Part shown: one piece after another, positions 10,073-25,000 of the stretch
How the letters are laid out: every line of letters begins with the position of its first letter
Numbering within the stretch: position 1 is the stretch's first letter
DNA from: Cyanophora paradoxa CCMP329
Lineage: Eukaryota; Plantae; Glaucophyta
Length of the DNA: 64,000 nucleotides
NCBI GenBank assembly: GCA_004431415.1
Contig: QPMI01000122.1
Location: forward strand, 1 to 64,000
Direction: 5' to 3'
Made by a program: the position numbers and the translations under genes
The notes under the pieces: generated by a model
What the model was told of the DNA's origin: nothing
Database searches by the model: none
What the model saw: only the letters and a program-made list of their open reading frames with translations

Positions 10073-13000
10073 CTGCCCGCGCCCCCGCCCCCGTCACGCG
10101 CGGCGCGGGGCGGGGCGGGGCGGGGCGGGGGCGGGGACCGGAGAAGAGGACGCGGAGGTCGTCGGGGGAGTAGAGCTCGCCGTCGAGGGTCACCGAGAGC
10201 CGCGCCGCCCCGCCGCCCCCGCCGGGGGGGCGGGGCAGAGCACGCGCGTGGGCCCCGCGTACGTCGCGGCGACGGAGGGCGAGTCGGGGCGGTCGCCGAA
10301 GCGGCAGCGCAGCGCCGCCGTGTTCGCGAAGTTCGCCCCCGTGACCGTCAGCGTCGCGCCCCCGGCGAGCGGCACCCGCGCGGCGACGGGTGGGGCGAGG
10401 CGGGGCGGCTCGCCGGCCTCCCCCGCCGAGACCCCGCTCACGCTCGGCACGAGCCCTGCGCGCCGCGTCGGGTCTAGGCCGGGGCGGGGGCGGGGCGGGG
10501 GGGCGGGGCGGGCGGACGGCGGAAGGCGAAGGGGAGGGCGGCGGGGGAGTCGAAGGCGGGGTCGAGGGGCCCCTGGTTCACCCGCACCGCCGCGAGGGCC
10601 TCGTGCGCCACCGCCGGCGCCGCGCACGCCACCGCCCGCGCCGAGAGCCACGTCGCGTTGACGTACTCGGAGCCGAGGAGGCCGCCCAGCACGGGGGCCC
10701 CCTCGAAGCGGCACTTCAGGTGCGGCGAGGGCCGGAAGCCCGCCCCGTACACCGTCACCAGCGCCCCGCCGCTGAGCGGCGCGGCGGCCGGCTCGAGGGC
10801 GGCGAGGGCGGGTGGGGCGCGCTCGTAGCGGAAGGCGAGGGGCGCGCTCCACGCCGCCCCGTCGTTGGAGACGAGCAGCTCGACGGCGCCCTCGCGCCGG
10901 CACGCGTTGCGCCGCGGCGGGGCCACGCAGGCGACGCGGGCGGCGGAGAGGAAGGCGGCGGGGACGGAGACGGCCTCGTGGTCGTCGCGGAAGGCGCAGC
11001 GGAGGCGCGGGCCCGCCACGAAGCCCGCGCCCCTCACCGTCACCGCCGTGCCCCCCTCCGGCGGGCCCGCCCCCGCCCCCTCCGGCTCCACCCCGAAGAG
11101 CACCGGCGCCCCCGCTGCCCGCGCGTCAGCAAGTGGGGCGGGGCGGGGGCGGGGCGGGGCGGGGCGGACGGGGCTCGGGGGCGTCCTGGGGCGGGGCGGG
11201 CCCCGGGGTGGCCGGGGCCGGAGGGCCTCGTCGCGCGCCCCCGCGAAGTAGCGGAAGAGCAGCGGCGTCGCCGCCTCCTCGCCCCGGCGGCGTGCGCCGA
11301 GACGGGCCCCGCCGCCGCCCCGGGGCCGACCCGGGGCCACCAGCAGCGCCGTGTCGTTGGCGGCGAGGAGCGCCGCGGCGGGGACGCCGGCGAGGGTGAC
11401 CCCCGCCGCCCCGCCCAGCCCGAACCCCGCCACCGTCACGTTCACCCCCGCCCCGGCCCCGGCCCCGCCGCCGCCGCCGACGCCGGGCACACCGACACGA
11501 TGCCCCGCGCTGCGGGGCGTCAGGCGGCGCGCGGCCTGCGCGGGGGAGCGGGGCGGGGACCGTAGGTGTAGGCGGCGGGGAGGGCGGCGGAGCCGTAGAG
11601 GGCGGAGCGGACGGCGACGGCGAGGGGCGCCGGGGCGGTCGCGAGGTCGGCCTCCGAGGCCGGCGGAACCGCGACGAGGAGGGCGGAGGCGGGGCCGGCG
11701 GCGAGGCAGGTGGCCGGGGCGGGGAGGCCCGCCCCGAAGGCGACCCGCGCGTCCGCCTCGGACCCCGCGGGGCCGCACAGGTGCTCACCGCTCACCGTCA
11801 CCGCGTTCCCGCCGGCAGCGGGGCCCGACGCCGGCGACACCCCCGTCACACGCGACGCTGCGCAGGCGCCGTCGCCCCCGGCGTCGGCCCCGGCGAGTGC
11901 GGGGGGAAAACGGGGCGGGGGCGCGCGCGCACTGCCGGTGGGGTTGAAGCGGAAGGCGCCGTGGGCGGTGGTGCGCCCGAGGAGCGCGTCGGTGACGGCG
12001 ACGTCGAGGGGCGGGCCCGCCGCGAGCCCCGCCGCCGGCAGCGCCGCCACGACGCGCGTCGCGTTCGCGGAGAGGACGGTCGCCGCGAGGCCGCCGACGG
12101 CGACGGTCACGTTGGCCGCCGTCGAGTCGGGGGCGGCGAGGCGGGCCCCCGTGACGGTGATCGTCGCCCCCGCGGGGCCGTTGTTCGGCTCCACCGCGAA
12201 GACCTCCCCCGCTGCCGCCCCCCCGGCGTCAGCGGCGGTGCGGGGCGGGGCGGGGCGGGCGGGGCGGGGCGGGCGGGCGGGGCGGGGCACGTGTGAGGCG
12301 GTAGCGGAAGGCGGCGGGGCGGGCGGCGGAGCCGTGGGAGCGGGAGCGGACGGCGACGTCGACGAGCTCGCCGTCGGCCCCGCCCTCCGGCACCACCACC
12401 ACCAGCGACGAGGCCGTCGCCCCCCCGGCGATCGGGCCCGCCACCCGCGTCTCCCGGCCCCCGAAGAGCACCCGCGTGTTCTCCCACCGCCCCTCCGTCA
12501 TGTCCGTCAGGTCTGACCCCGCCCCGCCCCCGTCGGCGAGGCCGGCGGCGCGGGCGGGCGGGCGGGGGGGCACCGGTGCCGATGATCGTGACAACGCTGC
12601 CGGGGGGCCCGCTGCTCGGCTCGACGGCCGTAATCGCCGACGCTGCGCCCGAGGCGCGTGAGGCGGGGCACCGGCGGCGACGTGGGGCGGCGGCGGGGCG
12701 CGCACGGGCGGTGCCGGGGTGGAAGAAGTAGGCGGCGGGGCGGGCGGCGGCGCCGAAGCGGGCGGAGAGGACGACGGCCTCGCGCCCGTCGAGGGCGGCC
12801 GCCCCCGCGCAGGCGACGAAGACGACGGCCGTCCGCGAGGCCGCGAGGGGCGCCACGGGGCCGCACCCGCCCACCGACACCGTCACGTTGTCCGGCGAGC
12901 CGGCCAGGTTCGTCCCCTCCACCGTCACCACGTTCCCTGCCCCGCCCCGCCCCGTGAGCGCCCGCCGGGGCCCCGGGCAAGCGGCGCACCGCCGGCGAGG

Positions 13001-16000
13001 GGCCCGTTGTCGGGCACGAGGCGCGTGATGGTGCCGGCTGCGCGGCGTCAGGCGCGGGGCCGGCGGACCGGCGCGGGGCGGGGCGCGGCGAGGGCGCACG
13101 GGAGTTCCAGGTGTAGGGGGGCACGTGAGGGCCCGAGGAGGGTGGAGCGGAGCTCGAAGGGGTGCGGGGCGTCGGGGGCGAGGGGCCCCGCGGCGGGGGC
13201 GAGGAGCTCGGCGTGGCCGGCGGCGGTGACGTTGACGGGGCCGGCGTCGCGGCCCCCGACGAAGGCCCGCACCACGTCCCCCGCCTCCAGGTCCCCCACC
13301 ACCGCCCGCACCGCCCCGCCCCCCGCCGCCGGCCCGTCCGCATACGGCTCCAGCCCCTTGCAGCTCGTCGCTGCGGCGGCTCAGCGGCGCGCGGCGGGGA
13401 GGGGAGGGGCGGGGCGGACGGGGGTTCCAGCGGAAGGCGGCGGGGGCGCGGAGGGCGAAGCAGGGGGAGGCGACGGTGAGCTCAACGGGGACGCCGGCCG
13501 CGTTGCCCCCCGCCGCCGGCGCCACGAACGAGAGCTCCGCCCCGCTCCGGTGCTGCACGCTCGCTGCCGCCCCCGCCCCCGTCGGCGAGGGCCGGCGCGG
13601 GGCGGGGTGGGGCGGTCGGGCGCACTGGCGGAGGCGTTGCCGAGGGTGACGACGGGGGCGACGCCGGCGACGTAGGAGACGAGCAGGTTCGCCCCCAGCA
13701 GCGTCACCCGCTGCCCCGCCACCGAGCCCCCTGCCCCCGAGGCCCAGCTCGAGCTCGGCGGGGCGGGACGGGGCGGGGCGGGGCGGGGCGGGGCGGACCG
13801 AAGGGGGCGGAGGGGAAGGGGGCGAGGGCGGCGAAGGCGGCGGGGAGGACGGTGACGAGGGCGGGGGACTCCTGCACGTGCACCTCGCCCCGCGCGTAGC
13901 GCACGCTGAGCTCGACGGGCCCCGCGGAGGCGTCCGCCGCCACGTGCCAGCGCAGGCGGAAGGGCCCCGCGCCCGAGGCCTGGGCGAGGGGCGTGGAGGC
14001 GTTGAGGGTACCGGCGGCGGGGGGCGAGAGGGTCGCCTCCTGCAGGTCCCCCGCCTGGATGCTGTCCAGCTCCACGCTCACCGCGCAGTCGACGTAGCCC
14101 CCCGTCCCCACCGCCCCGCCGGCGCAGCTGCGCTCGCACGCGAGGCGCACGCCGAAGACCTCGTGCTGCACCGCGTCCGTCACGTCGCCCCCGCCGACGC
14201 CGGGGGCCCACGCGACGGCCGTCGTGACGTAGCGCTGCCGCCGGTTCTCCGCCTCCGTCGTCAGGTTGTACGCGAAGGCGGGGCCCCCGCCCCCGAGCGC
14301 CGTGACGAGCCCGCCGGCCGTCACGCGCGGCGCCAGGTAGTCGGCGTACACGGGCGCGCCGCACGTCGGGCTCAGCGTGCAGACGGAGATCGAGCCGCGC
14401 CCCACGCGCGGCGCCGAGCAGTTCAGCGTCGCGTCTGCGGCGTCGGGCGGCGTCGGGCGGGCGGTGCGGGGCGGGGCGGGGCGGGGCGGGGCGGGCGGCG
14501 CACCGACGATGGCGATGCTCTGGGTGACGTTGACGGCGCCGCCGCCGACGGCGGCCACGAAGGAGAGCGTCAGGTCGGCCGCCTGCAGCGCGCACTGCCA
14601 CCGCGCCGCCGTGAGCGCCAGCACGAACGGCCCGTTGGCCGGCCCCGCGAGGGCGCTGGTGATGGCGGCCGGGACGGGGCTCGCGAGCGCGCCCCCGTCG
14701 AAGTCGGAGAGGAAGGCGTCCCCGAAGGTGAGCACCGCGCGGCAGACCTTCGCCCCGCCCCGCCGCAGCCGCAGCGGCCCCTCGCACGCGAACCCCGCGT
14801 CTGCGCCGCGTCGCCCTCAGCGCCCCGGCGGCCGGCGACGGGCCCGCGCCGCGCGCACCGAAGAGGCTGATGTTGTAGGGCGAGGCGAGGGGCCCGGCGG
14901 TGACGCCGGCGTCCCAGCTCATGGAGACGGTGACGGCGGGGACGCTGCTCTGCGCGGCGTCCGCGAGGAGGACGAGGGCGAGGGGCCCCCCGACGGGCCC
15001 GTGCAGCGCCGTCGCAATCGTCACGGCCGACGTCGCGTTCCCCTCCGCGTCGGTGATGGCGCCCCCGTCGAAGTCGGAGGCGACCGGCCGCCCGTGCGTC
15101 GCCGTCACCGTGCACGTCTTCACGCCGCCCCTCCGCAGCCGCGGGAAGTCGCACGTGAAGTTCGCGTCTGCCGCCCCCCGGTGAGAAGGGCGGGCAGGAA
15201 ACCGATGCGCCCGCAAAGGCACCGAAAACTTGAATGTCCTGCGCGTCGAACGGCGCCTTGGTCCCGACGTCGTCCGCCCAGTACATCGTGACCGTGACGT
15301 TTTCGTGCGCTGTTTGCGCGGCGTCCGCTGAGATCGTGAGGGCGAAAGAACCGCCGTCTCCCCCGCCCAGCGGCGTGCTGATCGTGACGGCCGCGTTGCT
15401 CAGCGACGTCGTTGTGTCGAAGTCGGCTGGAATCGGCAGCCCGTGCGTCGGAGTCACAGTGCAAACTTTCGAGCCGCCGCGCCGCAGCCGCAGCGGCGAC
15501 GCGCACGCAAAGCTCGCGTCTGCCGCACGCGTCAGCGAGCGACAACGCGCCATCTCCGACGACGGGGCGCGCACCGAAGATCGCGAGGGTGCGCGGGGAG
15601 GGCGCCGGGTCCTCAAAGTCGTACACGTCCGTCGTGAAGCTGACGGTGACGGTCGCGTCGTTGGACGTCGTCTGCGTATGATCCGCGAGCAGGGTGAGGT
15701 ACAGGGAGGTCGACCCCGGCAGCCGCGTCAGGCTCGTCGCCACGTTCAGGCCGGCCGTCGTGACCGTCGAGAAATCCTGCGGCAGCGGCTGCCCCACGAG
15801 CGCCGTCACGGTGCAGTTCTTCGTCCCGCCGTGCCGCAGCCGCAGCGGCGTGTCGCACGCGAAGGTCGCGTCTGCGAGCGCGAGCGCGAGCAGTGAGAAG
15901 CGCATCAGCCGAATGAACCTTTGCGCCACGGCTATCGCTGCAGCCGCACCGAACATGCTTATGTTGTACGGCGACTGCACCGTCCCCGCCGTCACGCCGG

Positions 16001-19000
16001 CCACCCACGACATCGTCACCGTCACGTCCGACACCGTCACTTGCGACGCGTCCGCCGTCAGCACAAGCGTGTGAGGCCCGCCGACGCTCCCATCCAAGGC
16101 CGTCGTGATCGCTGCCGCCGTTGTCACCGCCCCCGCCGCGTCGGTAATCACGCCACCATCGAAGTCCTCCTTGATGGGCCGCCCGTGCGTTGCGGTGACT
16201 GTGCACGTCCTGTTGCCGCCTCTCCGCAGGCGAGGCCCCGCACACGAGAAGGTCGCGTCTGCGAGCGGGATCGAAAACGCGTTGACAAGCGCGACGGATT
16301 GCCTATCGTACCGAAGACTTCGATGTTCTGCGGGTCAATTGCTGCAGTTGTCCCGACGTCGTCCGCCCAGTACATCGTGACCGTGACGTTCTCGTGCGCT
16401 GTTTGCGCGGCGTCCGCTGAGATCGTGAGGGCGAAAGGCCCGCCGTCCGAGCCCGTGAGGTTGCTGCTGATGCTGACGGCCGCGTTGCTCAGCGACGTCG
16501 TCGTGTCGAAGTCGGCCCGGACCGGCGTGCCGTGCGTCGCCGTCACCGTACAGACCTTTGAGCCGCCGCGCCGCAGCCGTAGTGGTGACGCGCACGCGAA
16601 GCTCGCATCTTCACAGCCAAGGATATCTCAGCAGAAGGACCACGAGGCGATCGGCAGGGACGCACCGAACAGCTGCAAAGTGGATGGGAAAGGAACAGTC
16701 GTTGCGACCCCGTGGACATATGCAGCGAACGTGATCGTGACAGTCGTCGACGTGTAGGTGGTTTGCGAGGCGTCAGCAGTGACGACAAGCGTGATGGCGC
16801 CCGTGCTCGCGTCGGGAAGAGACAGCGGCGAGAGGGAGACGCCTCCGGTCGCGGCAGTTACGAAGTCCGCGGGGATGGGATGGCCGAACACAGGCGAGAT
16901 CGTACAGGACTTGGTCCCGCTCCGCCGCAAACGCAGCGGCGCGTCGCACGCAAAACTGGCGTCTGGGGAGCGAGTCAGCCGAGCGGAGCTCGCATGGATC
17001 GGCAAGCGCACCGAAGAGTGTGATGGTCTGTGAAGATGCCAACACTTCCTCGGTGTCGAACACAGCAGTCGTGAAGCGGACCTCGACGATTGACGTTTCC
17101 GTCTCGTTCTGCGTTGCATTGGCCGTCATCGTGAGGTACAGCGACCCGTCGGACAGCGAAGACAACGAGGACAGTGTCACTCCAGCGGTAGCGCTCGTGA
17201 TGAAATCGCCAGGGATGGGGTATCCCACAACCGGCGTGACAGTGCAGTTCTTCGATCCACTCCGACGAAGCCGCAGCGGCGTGTCGCACGCAAAGGTCGC
17301 GTCTGCAGGGGCGAGCAGTGGGAAGCGCATCAGCCGAATAAACCTTTGCGCCACGGCTATCGCTGCAGCCGCACCGAACATGCTTATGTTGTACGGCGAC
17401 TGCACCGTCCCCGCCGTCACGCCGGCCACCCACGACATCGTCACCGTCACGTCCGACACCGTCACTTGCGACGCGTCCGCCGTCAGCACAAGCGTGTGAG
17501 GCCCGCCGACGCTCCCATCCAAGGCCGTCGTGATCGCTGCCGCCGTTGTCACCGCCCCCGCCGCGTCGGTGATCACGCCACCATCGAAGTCCTCCTTGAT
17601 GGGCCGCCCGTGCGTTGCGGTGACTGTGCACGTCCTGTTGCCGCCTCTCCGCAGGCGAGGCCCCGCACACGAGAAGGTCGCGTCTGCGCACGGGACAGTC
17701 GGCTGAGAGCACGGGACGGGCGACTTTGAAATCTCAATCGCAAGGCGAACCGAACACTTCTATGTCCTGCGCGTCGAACGGCGCCTTGGTCCCGACGTCG
17801 TCCGCCCAGTACATCGTGACCGTGACGTTTTCGTGCGCTGTTTGCGCGGCGTCCGCTGAGATCGTGAGGGCGAAAGAACCGCCGTCTCCCCCGCCCAGCG
17901 GCGTGCTGATCGTGACGGCCGCGTTGCTCAGCGACGTCGTTGTGTCGAAGTCGGCTGGAATCGGCAGCCCGTGCGTCGGAGTCACAGTGCAAACTTTCGA
18001 GCCGCCGCGCCGCAGCCGCAGCGGCGACGCGCACGCAAAGCTCGCGTCTGCCGCACGCGTCAGCGAGCGAAAAATCCATCTCCGACGACGGGGCGCGCAC
18101 CGAAGATCGCGAGGGTGCGCGGGGAGGGCGCCGGGTCCTCAAAGTCGTACACGTCCGTCGTGAAGCTGACGGTGACGGTCGCGTCGTTGGACGTCGTCTG
18201 CGTGTGATCCGCGAGCAGGGTTAGGTACAGGGAGGTCGACCCCGGCAGCCGCGTCAGGCTCGTCGCCACGTTCAGGCCGGCCGTCGTGACCGTCGAGAAA
18301 TCCTGCGGCAGCGGCTGCCCCACGAGCGCCGTCACGGTGCAGTTCTTCGTCCCGCCGTGCCGCAGCCGCAGCGGCGTGTCGCACGCGAAGGTCGCGTCTG
18401 CGAGCGCGAGCAGTGAGTGCGTACGCAAAGATCCAAGAGAACACTAGCAGCCCGAAAGGGATGAAGAGAAGAGAACGGAGCAGAAGAGAACGGCGGACCG
18501 AAGATCTCGAACGAGAATGTGGAGCTGCCGCCGCCGACGCCGGGGACCCAGAGGACGGCGACGGTGACGTTGGGGAAGCTCGTCTGCGCGCTCTCCGCCG
18601 TGTAGGCGAAGAAGAAGGTGCCGTCCGCGAGGTCCGTCACGTTCACGGTGAGGTCCCCCGAGCCGGCGCCCGTCCACGTGCTCGCGCCACCCCGCCCGCT
18701 CGGGTTGCTCACCTCCACGTCGAAGAACTCGTCGCGGGTGAAGCTCCCGAAGAGGGGCGCGATGGTGCAGTTCTTCGAGCCGCCCCGCCGCAGCCGCAGC
18801 GTCCCCGTGCAGTTCAGCCCCGCGTCGAAGATCGCCACCGTCTGCGTGGCCGGCAGCGGCGCCCGCCCGCCGACCTCCTCCGCCCAGTAGAGCGTCACCT
18901 CCACCGAGTCGTGGCTCGTCTGCGCCGCGTCCGCGAGCAGCTCGACGGCGAGGGAGGAGCCGAGCGGGCCCGTCGGCCCGACGAGCAAGACGGCGGCGTT

Positions 19001-22000
19001 CGAGACGGAGCCGGCAACGCTGAAGTCGGAGGCGTTGATGCTCCCGAAGGTCGCCGCAACGGTGCACGCCTTCCGCTTCGCCCGCGCCAGCCGCAGCGGC
19101 GTCGCGCACGAGAAGTTTGCGTCTGCCGCACCCGGTGAGACAGCGGAGGCGGCGGGGCGGGGCACGGGGCACCGAAGATCTGGTAGCTGTAGGCGAGGAG
19201 CTGCGCGGAGTTGCCGACGGTCTGGGCCCAGTACACGTCGACGGCGGCCGCGGTGTGGGCCTCCTGGAGCGCGTCGGCGGTGACGTTGAGCGTGAGCGCG
19301 CCGCTGCCGTCCCCCGCCGGCACGAGCGAGACTTGGAGCGCGCTGCTCGAGACGACGACGACGAAGTCCTCGGGGAGGAGCGCCGCCAGCGGGGCGCGCG
19401 CCCCGCAGGTCGTCACGCCCCCGCGCCGGATGCGCGAGGCCTGTGCCGACGTGCAGTTGACGCTCGTGGCTGCAGCGCGGCGAGGCGTGAGTACCGACGC
19501 GGCGTGAGTGCCGACGCGGGGGCTGGCGGGCGGGGCGGGCGGGGCGCACCGACGAGGGCGATCTGCTGCACGCCCGAGACGACCGCCGCGTCGCCGACGG
19601 AGGCGTCGAACTCGAGCGTCACGTTGGCCCCCGTGGGGCCGACCTCCGTCCCGTTCGCGACCATCTCGACGACGAGGTCGGGGCCGAGGGAGTAGACCGC
19701 CCGCGACACGGCGAGGCCGTCGGTGTACGAGAAGACGAAGTCGGTCGTCGCGAGGGTCCCCAGCGTCGCCGTCGCCGTGCAGTTCTTCGTGCTGTTGAGG
19801 CGCAGCCGCAGCGGCCCGTCGCACGCAAAGGTCGCGTCTGTGCGCGCGCGGGTGAGCGCCCCTCGCCGCGGGGGCGGCGCGGCGCGCGGGCACCGAAGAG
19901 GGTGAAGGGCTGGAAGGCGATGAGGGCCCCGCCGACGCCGGGGACGTAGGAGAGGGTGAGGTTCACGTCGGTGGCCAGCGTCTGGCCCGGCTCCGCCGTG
20001 AAGACGAGGGTGAAGGGCCCGCCCGAGGGGCCCGTCACGTTCTGCGTCACGTCGCCCGTCCCGAGCCCCGCCCAGAGCGCCCGGTCGTGGCCGCTCGGGC
20101 GAGTGACGGCGACCTCGAAGTCGGAGGCGTTCGGGTGGCCGAGCGTGGCCTCGATCGTGCACGTCTTCGACTGGCCCCGCCGCAGGCGCGCCTGGCCGGC
20201 GCACGTGAAGTTCGTCTCTGCACCGCCCGCGCCGTCAGCGAGGCGGCGGCGCGGGGGGCAAGGGCGAGCGGCGGCGCGCACCGAATATCTGGAAGGAGAC
20301 CTGCGAGATGCGGTCCGCGACGGTCGGGACGGAGGAGGGCGAGCTGAGGTTCACGCTGCCGACTTGCAGCGGGTTCCACGAGAGGGTGACCGTCGTCGAG
20401 GAGAAGGTGCTCCCGAGATACGCCACGACGGCGAAGCTGATCTCGGTCGAGTTTTCCGTCGACGTCACCGTCGGGACCGCCGCCACAAGCGAGGAGCCGG
20501 CCGGCGAGGACCCGAGCACGAAGTCTCCTCCCGCAATCGACCCGATCACGCTGCCCGGCGCGAGCGACAGGCGGCAGGCGCCGGTGCCGCCGCCGTGGAG
20601 ACGCGCAAGGCCGCAATCCAGCTCGCGGACACCCGGCAGAATATCTGAAGGGGCGAGTCGGGACGGACCGGCGCGAGGCAACGATTCGGGAGGGCGCACC
20701 GACGATCTGGACGGTGGTGGGGTCGTCGACGGGGTCGAAGGTGCCGCCGACGCGCGTGCCGTTCCACTTGATGGCGATGGAGGAGGAGCTGACGTTGGCG
20801 GCCATGGAGGCCTCGAGGAGGATGGCGAGCGCGCCGCGCTTGTAGTGCTCGTTGACCTCCACCAGCCGCGTCGGCGACCACCCGATGGAGACGATGGAGA
20901 AGCCGCCCCCGTCCGAGTCGATGACGAGGTCCTCGAGCTCGACGCCCCCCACGATCTTGTACGCGAAGTTCGGGTCCGTGATCGACGACTCGAAGACGCA
21001 CGTGATCTGCGCCCCGCGCCTCACCCGCAGCGGCGAGCACCGCGAGCGCCACTCGCCCTCGAAGCCTGGCCCGAGCCCACCGCGTCAGCGGTGCGGGGGA
21101 TGCACGCGTGAATCGACGTCCCCGCACCGATGATGGCGAACGTCTGCGAGGCGAGAAGGGGCGCCGTTGCAGTCTTGACAGTCGTCGTGTTCCAAGAAAT
21201 CGATATGGTACCCGAGGGGTCGTCGAAGATCTGTAGAAACAGAGGGGACGGGCCCGTGACCGAGAACGAGAGACTGCCGCCGTCCGCGGCGAAGGCGGGG
21301 GACCCGCCCGCCGTGAACGCGATGGTGCTCGCGGGTGCGGCGATGACCAAATCGTCGAAGGTGACGGCCCCCACGAGCGACGCGAAGGCGAGGGTGCAGT
21401 TGGCCGGCACGGTGCTCGGGTACCGCAGGCGGCTCGAGGTGCACGAGAACACCGGCGTGAACCCTTCGCGCGGGAGTGAGCGGGGACGAAGCACAGGGCC
21501 ACCCAGGCAGGTGTTCTCACCAACGATCGACAGGTTGAACGCGCCGCTGTTTCCGAAGACCTCGCTCGCCGAGCCCACGCCCTGGGCGGCGGTCGCGACA
21601 CGGCCGGGGCGGGAGGGGAGGCGGCGCGGCGCACGGCGTTGTTCCAGAAGACTTGCACGGAGGCCGACGCGCTCGTCGCCGAGGCGGCGGCGGTGACGTC
21701 GAAGGCGAGGTGGACGAAGCCCGTCGTGGCGTTCCACCCGGCGCCGGAGACGACGAGCGACGCGTCGGACGTCGCGACGAGGACGTCGGCAAGGCCGATC
21801 GTGCCGTACACCCGCCCCGTCGGCGAGCTCAGCCGGCAGCTCGTCGTCGCCCCCACCTGCAGCCGGCCGGCCGCGCAGCTCAGCGTCCAGTCCCCGTCCA
21901 CGTCTGCCGCGAGTGAGCCCCGCATGCGCGCTGCTCGAGAGCGCCGGGGGCCTCACCGAGCGTCGTGAAGGGCTGCGAGGCAACGACCTCCGCGCCGGGG

Positions 22001-25000
22001 GAGACGGAGGAGTTCCAGGCGACGGAGACGGGCGACGAGCCGGCGAAGGAGGAGGCCGTCGTGAGCCCGAAGAAGAGCGTCGCCGAGGCGTTGGCGGCGT
22101 CGAGGAAGAGCTGCGGGCTGCTCGAGTAGGAGAAGGCGCCCGGGATGGTCACGGTCAGGTCGTCGAGGCGGAGCGTCCCGTTGATCCCGCCGGCCGTCGT
22201 CGAGCAGTTCGAGAAGTCGCCCGGCCGCAGGCGGCGCGCCGTGCAGTCGAGGGGCGACCAGGAGGCCACATCTGCCGCGGAGAGAGCGCGAGCGGGACGG
22301 CTTCAACCGAAAGAGAGCGAATAAGTCCAACGTAAAGCGGGCGCACCGACGGCGGAGAAGCCCAATGCGGATGCGAGCGGAAAGGACGGGTAGGCGGGCG
22401 GGAGGGCGATGACGCTCGGGTTCAGGCTGAGGGAGATGCTCGCCGAGTCCGTCCCCGCCGACGCTGTCGCCGCGAACGTGAGCGTGGCCGACGACCAGGC
22501 CAGGGACGACGCCGAGAAGGCGGGGGAGGCGAATGAGACGTCGGAGGCGAGCGCCGTCCCGTTCACGAAGCCGCCGGCCAGGGTGCAGTTGACGGAGGTG
22601 GCGAGCCGGACGCGGAGCCGCGTGCAGGCCAGCGACCAGCCCGTCGAGGCGTACCCTGCGGCGCGGCCGTGAGTGCGAGGCCGCGAGCGCTCTGTGCGGG
22701 GGGCGGAGGGCACCGACGAGGGCGATGGCGACCTGGCCGGCCTCGGTCGGGTCGGACGTGCTGTTGTCCTGGATGAGCTTCGCGTAGACGACCGAGTCCG
22801 ACGTCGGGGCGGCGGTGAGGTTGAAGCGGACGGCGGCGTCGCTGATGGCCGGCCCCGAGAGGGCGACCGCCGCGCCGCGCGCCTCGTGTCCACTCGTGGC
22901 GTTCGAGCGGAGGTCGACGACGAAGTCCGAGTCCTGGATGGTCGGGTCCACGAAGCCGGCCGTCCCCATCGAGCAGAGCACGAGCCCGCCGGGGACGAAC
23001 AGGCGGTAGGCCGAACACCCGAGGAACGCCTTGCCAGTCAGGCCTGGCGCGGACGCTTTGGATGCGACGAAAGATGAATACAAGGGGCTCTACGTACCGC
23101 CGGAGAGGATGTCGATGCTGCGCGAATCCCCGCCGGATCCGATGGGGAGGCGGATGGTGATCTTTTTGAACTTGATCGGGTTAATCCAGAACGTGAAGGA
23201 AGAGGGGGTCGTGGATGTGTAGAGGAAAGCGGTGCTCAGGAGACCGCTGCCGATGCCGCCAGAGTACGAAACAATGGACTGGTTGTAGCTCTGCGTGTAG
23301 TTGTGCGTGTCGATTCGGCTGGAGTTGTAGTCGCAGCCGTACGTCTCGTTCTGGTACACGAGGTTCCAGGACTGAGTCCTTATCACGAGGGCGCTCGAGT
23401 AGTCGGACGCCACAGAGCCTATAGACTGGTTCGCATAGCACTTGTAATGCGTGTCGAATTGAAGCGGAATCTGAGAAAGAATGATAAGTGGCACGCAGGC
23501 AACGTGTGCGGTGGCCCGAAGGGGCGCACTTGGAGCGAGACGTTCGAGCGCCCGGAATCGACGACGACAGAGGACGAGACCGATGCACCGCGAAGGGCGG
23601 CACAGAGCACAGCTGCTCTGGTGGAGGCGCCATGGACGAAAACCGTGACGTTCGCAACGCCAGACATGTCCAGAGCTACCGCATCTCCGCTCATTGAGAA
23701 ACGCAGGGTGGGGGATGGCACGGATACAGTGAATGTGCGGGGCGCCGAGTCGCCCGATGTCACGCTCCCCACGGTCTGATTCGCAGCGCACGAGTACATC
23801 TGCCCTGCCTCCAGTGCAATCTGCAGCGTTCCGCAACCATTCAGTCTGTGCCATCGCCGTCAAACCGAAATCATCCAGCTCACCGAAAATGTCGCAAGCC
23901 CGCCGCTTGGAGCAATCGACGCACTTGCTGAGACCACAACCCCTGTATCTGATGGCATACACCGCACAGATGCAGTGCTCGCTGCAGCGTCCACTGCCAG
24001 CGTCAGCGTTACGTTGCCGTCTACTCGCTCCACGCCCGTCGCCCCCGCCAGGGGATGCACGATGACTGGAGCTGCAACTTCCGTCGTGAACGCCACCGCC
24101 GCCGAGTCCCTCGACGTCACGCTCCCCACAGTCTGGTTCGCCACGCACGAGTACGCGCGCCCCGCCTCCAGCGCGATCTGCGCGCAGGCCGTCGATGCAT
24201 CGTTCAGCAACCGAACCAGGAGATCATAGAAAACGACACGCACCAATACATTCGCCTGGCCGCCGCTCGAGACAGTCGAGCCGCTCGTCTCCACCGCCGA
24301 CAATGTGTCCGTTCTCGTGCAGCGCACCGAGGCCACGCTCGCCCCGTCGTCCACCGCTAGCGTCAGCGTCACCTTGCCGTCCGCTCGCTTCACGCCCGTC
24401 GCCCCCGCCAGCGGCGACGTGATGTTCGGCGCTGAGAGCGCCGTCGTGAACGTGACCGACCCCGAGTCGATCGAGGTCACGCCCCCAACCGTCTGGTTGG
24501 CCACGCACGAGTAAGTTCTGCCTGCCTCCAGAGCGATCTGCGCCCCGCCGCCCGTTTCCCGCTCAGCAACGTGCAGCCCGACTCACCCCAGGCCGGGCGC
24601 CTGCGCACCGATACTGTCGCCCGATTGTTGGTTGGAGCGATCGCTGCGCTGGTCGTCACCGACAAGAGCGTGTCGGACCGAGTGCACCGCACGGAAGCCT
24701 CCGTCGCTCCGTTCTCTACCTCCAGCGTCAGCGTCACGTTGCCGCCCACCCGCTCCACACCCGTCGCCCCCGCCAGGGGATCCACGATGGCCGGAGCTCC
24801 GACTTCCGTCGTGAAGGCAACCAGCTCCGAGTCGCTCGACGTCACAGTCCCCACGCTCTGATTCGCAACGCACGAGTACGCCCGCCCAGCTTCCAGCGCG
24901 ATCTGCACACCGAGAGAACCCGACCCGCTAAGCCTTCCTCTCGGCAGCCCCCGCATTCCGATACAACCCACGCACCGACACGTTCGCCAAGCCGCCGCTA

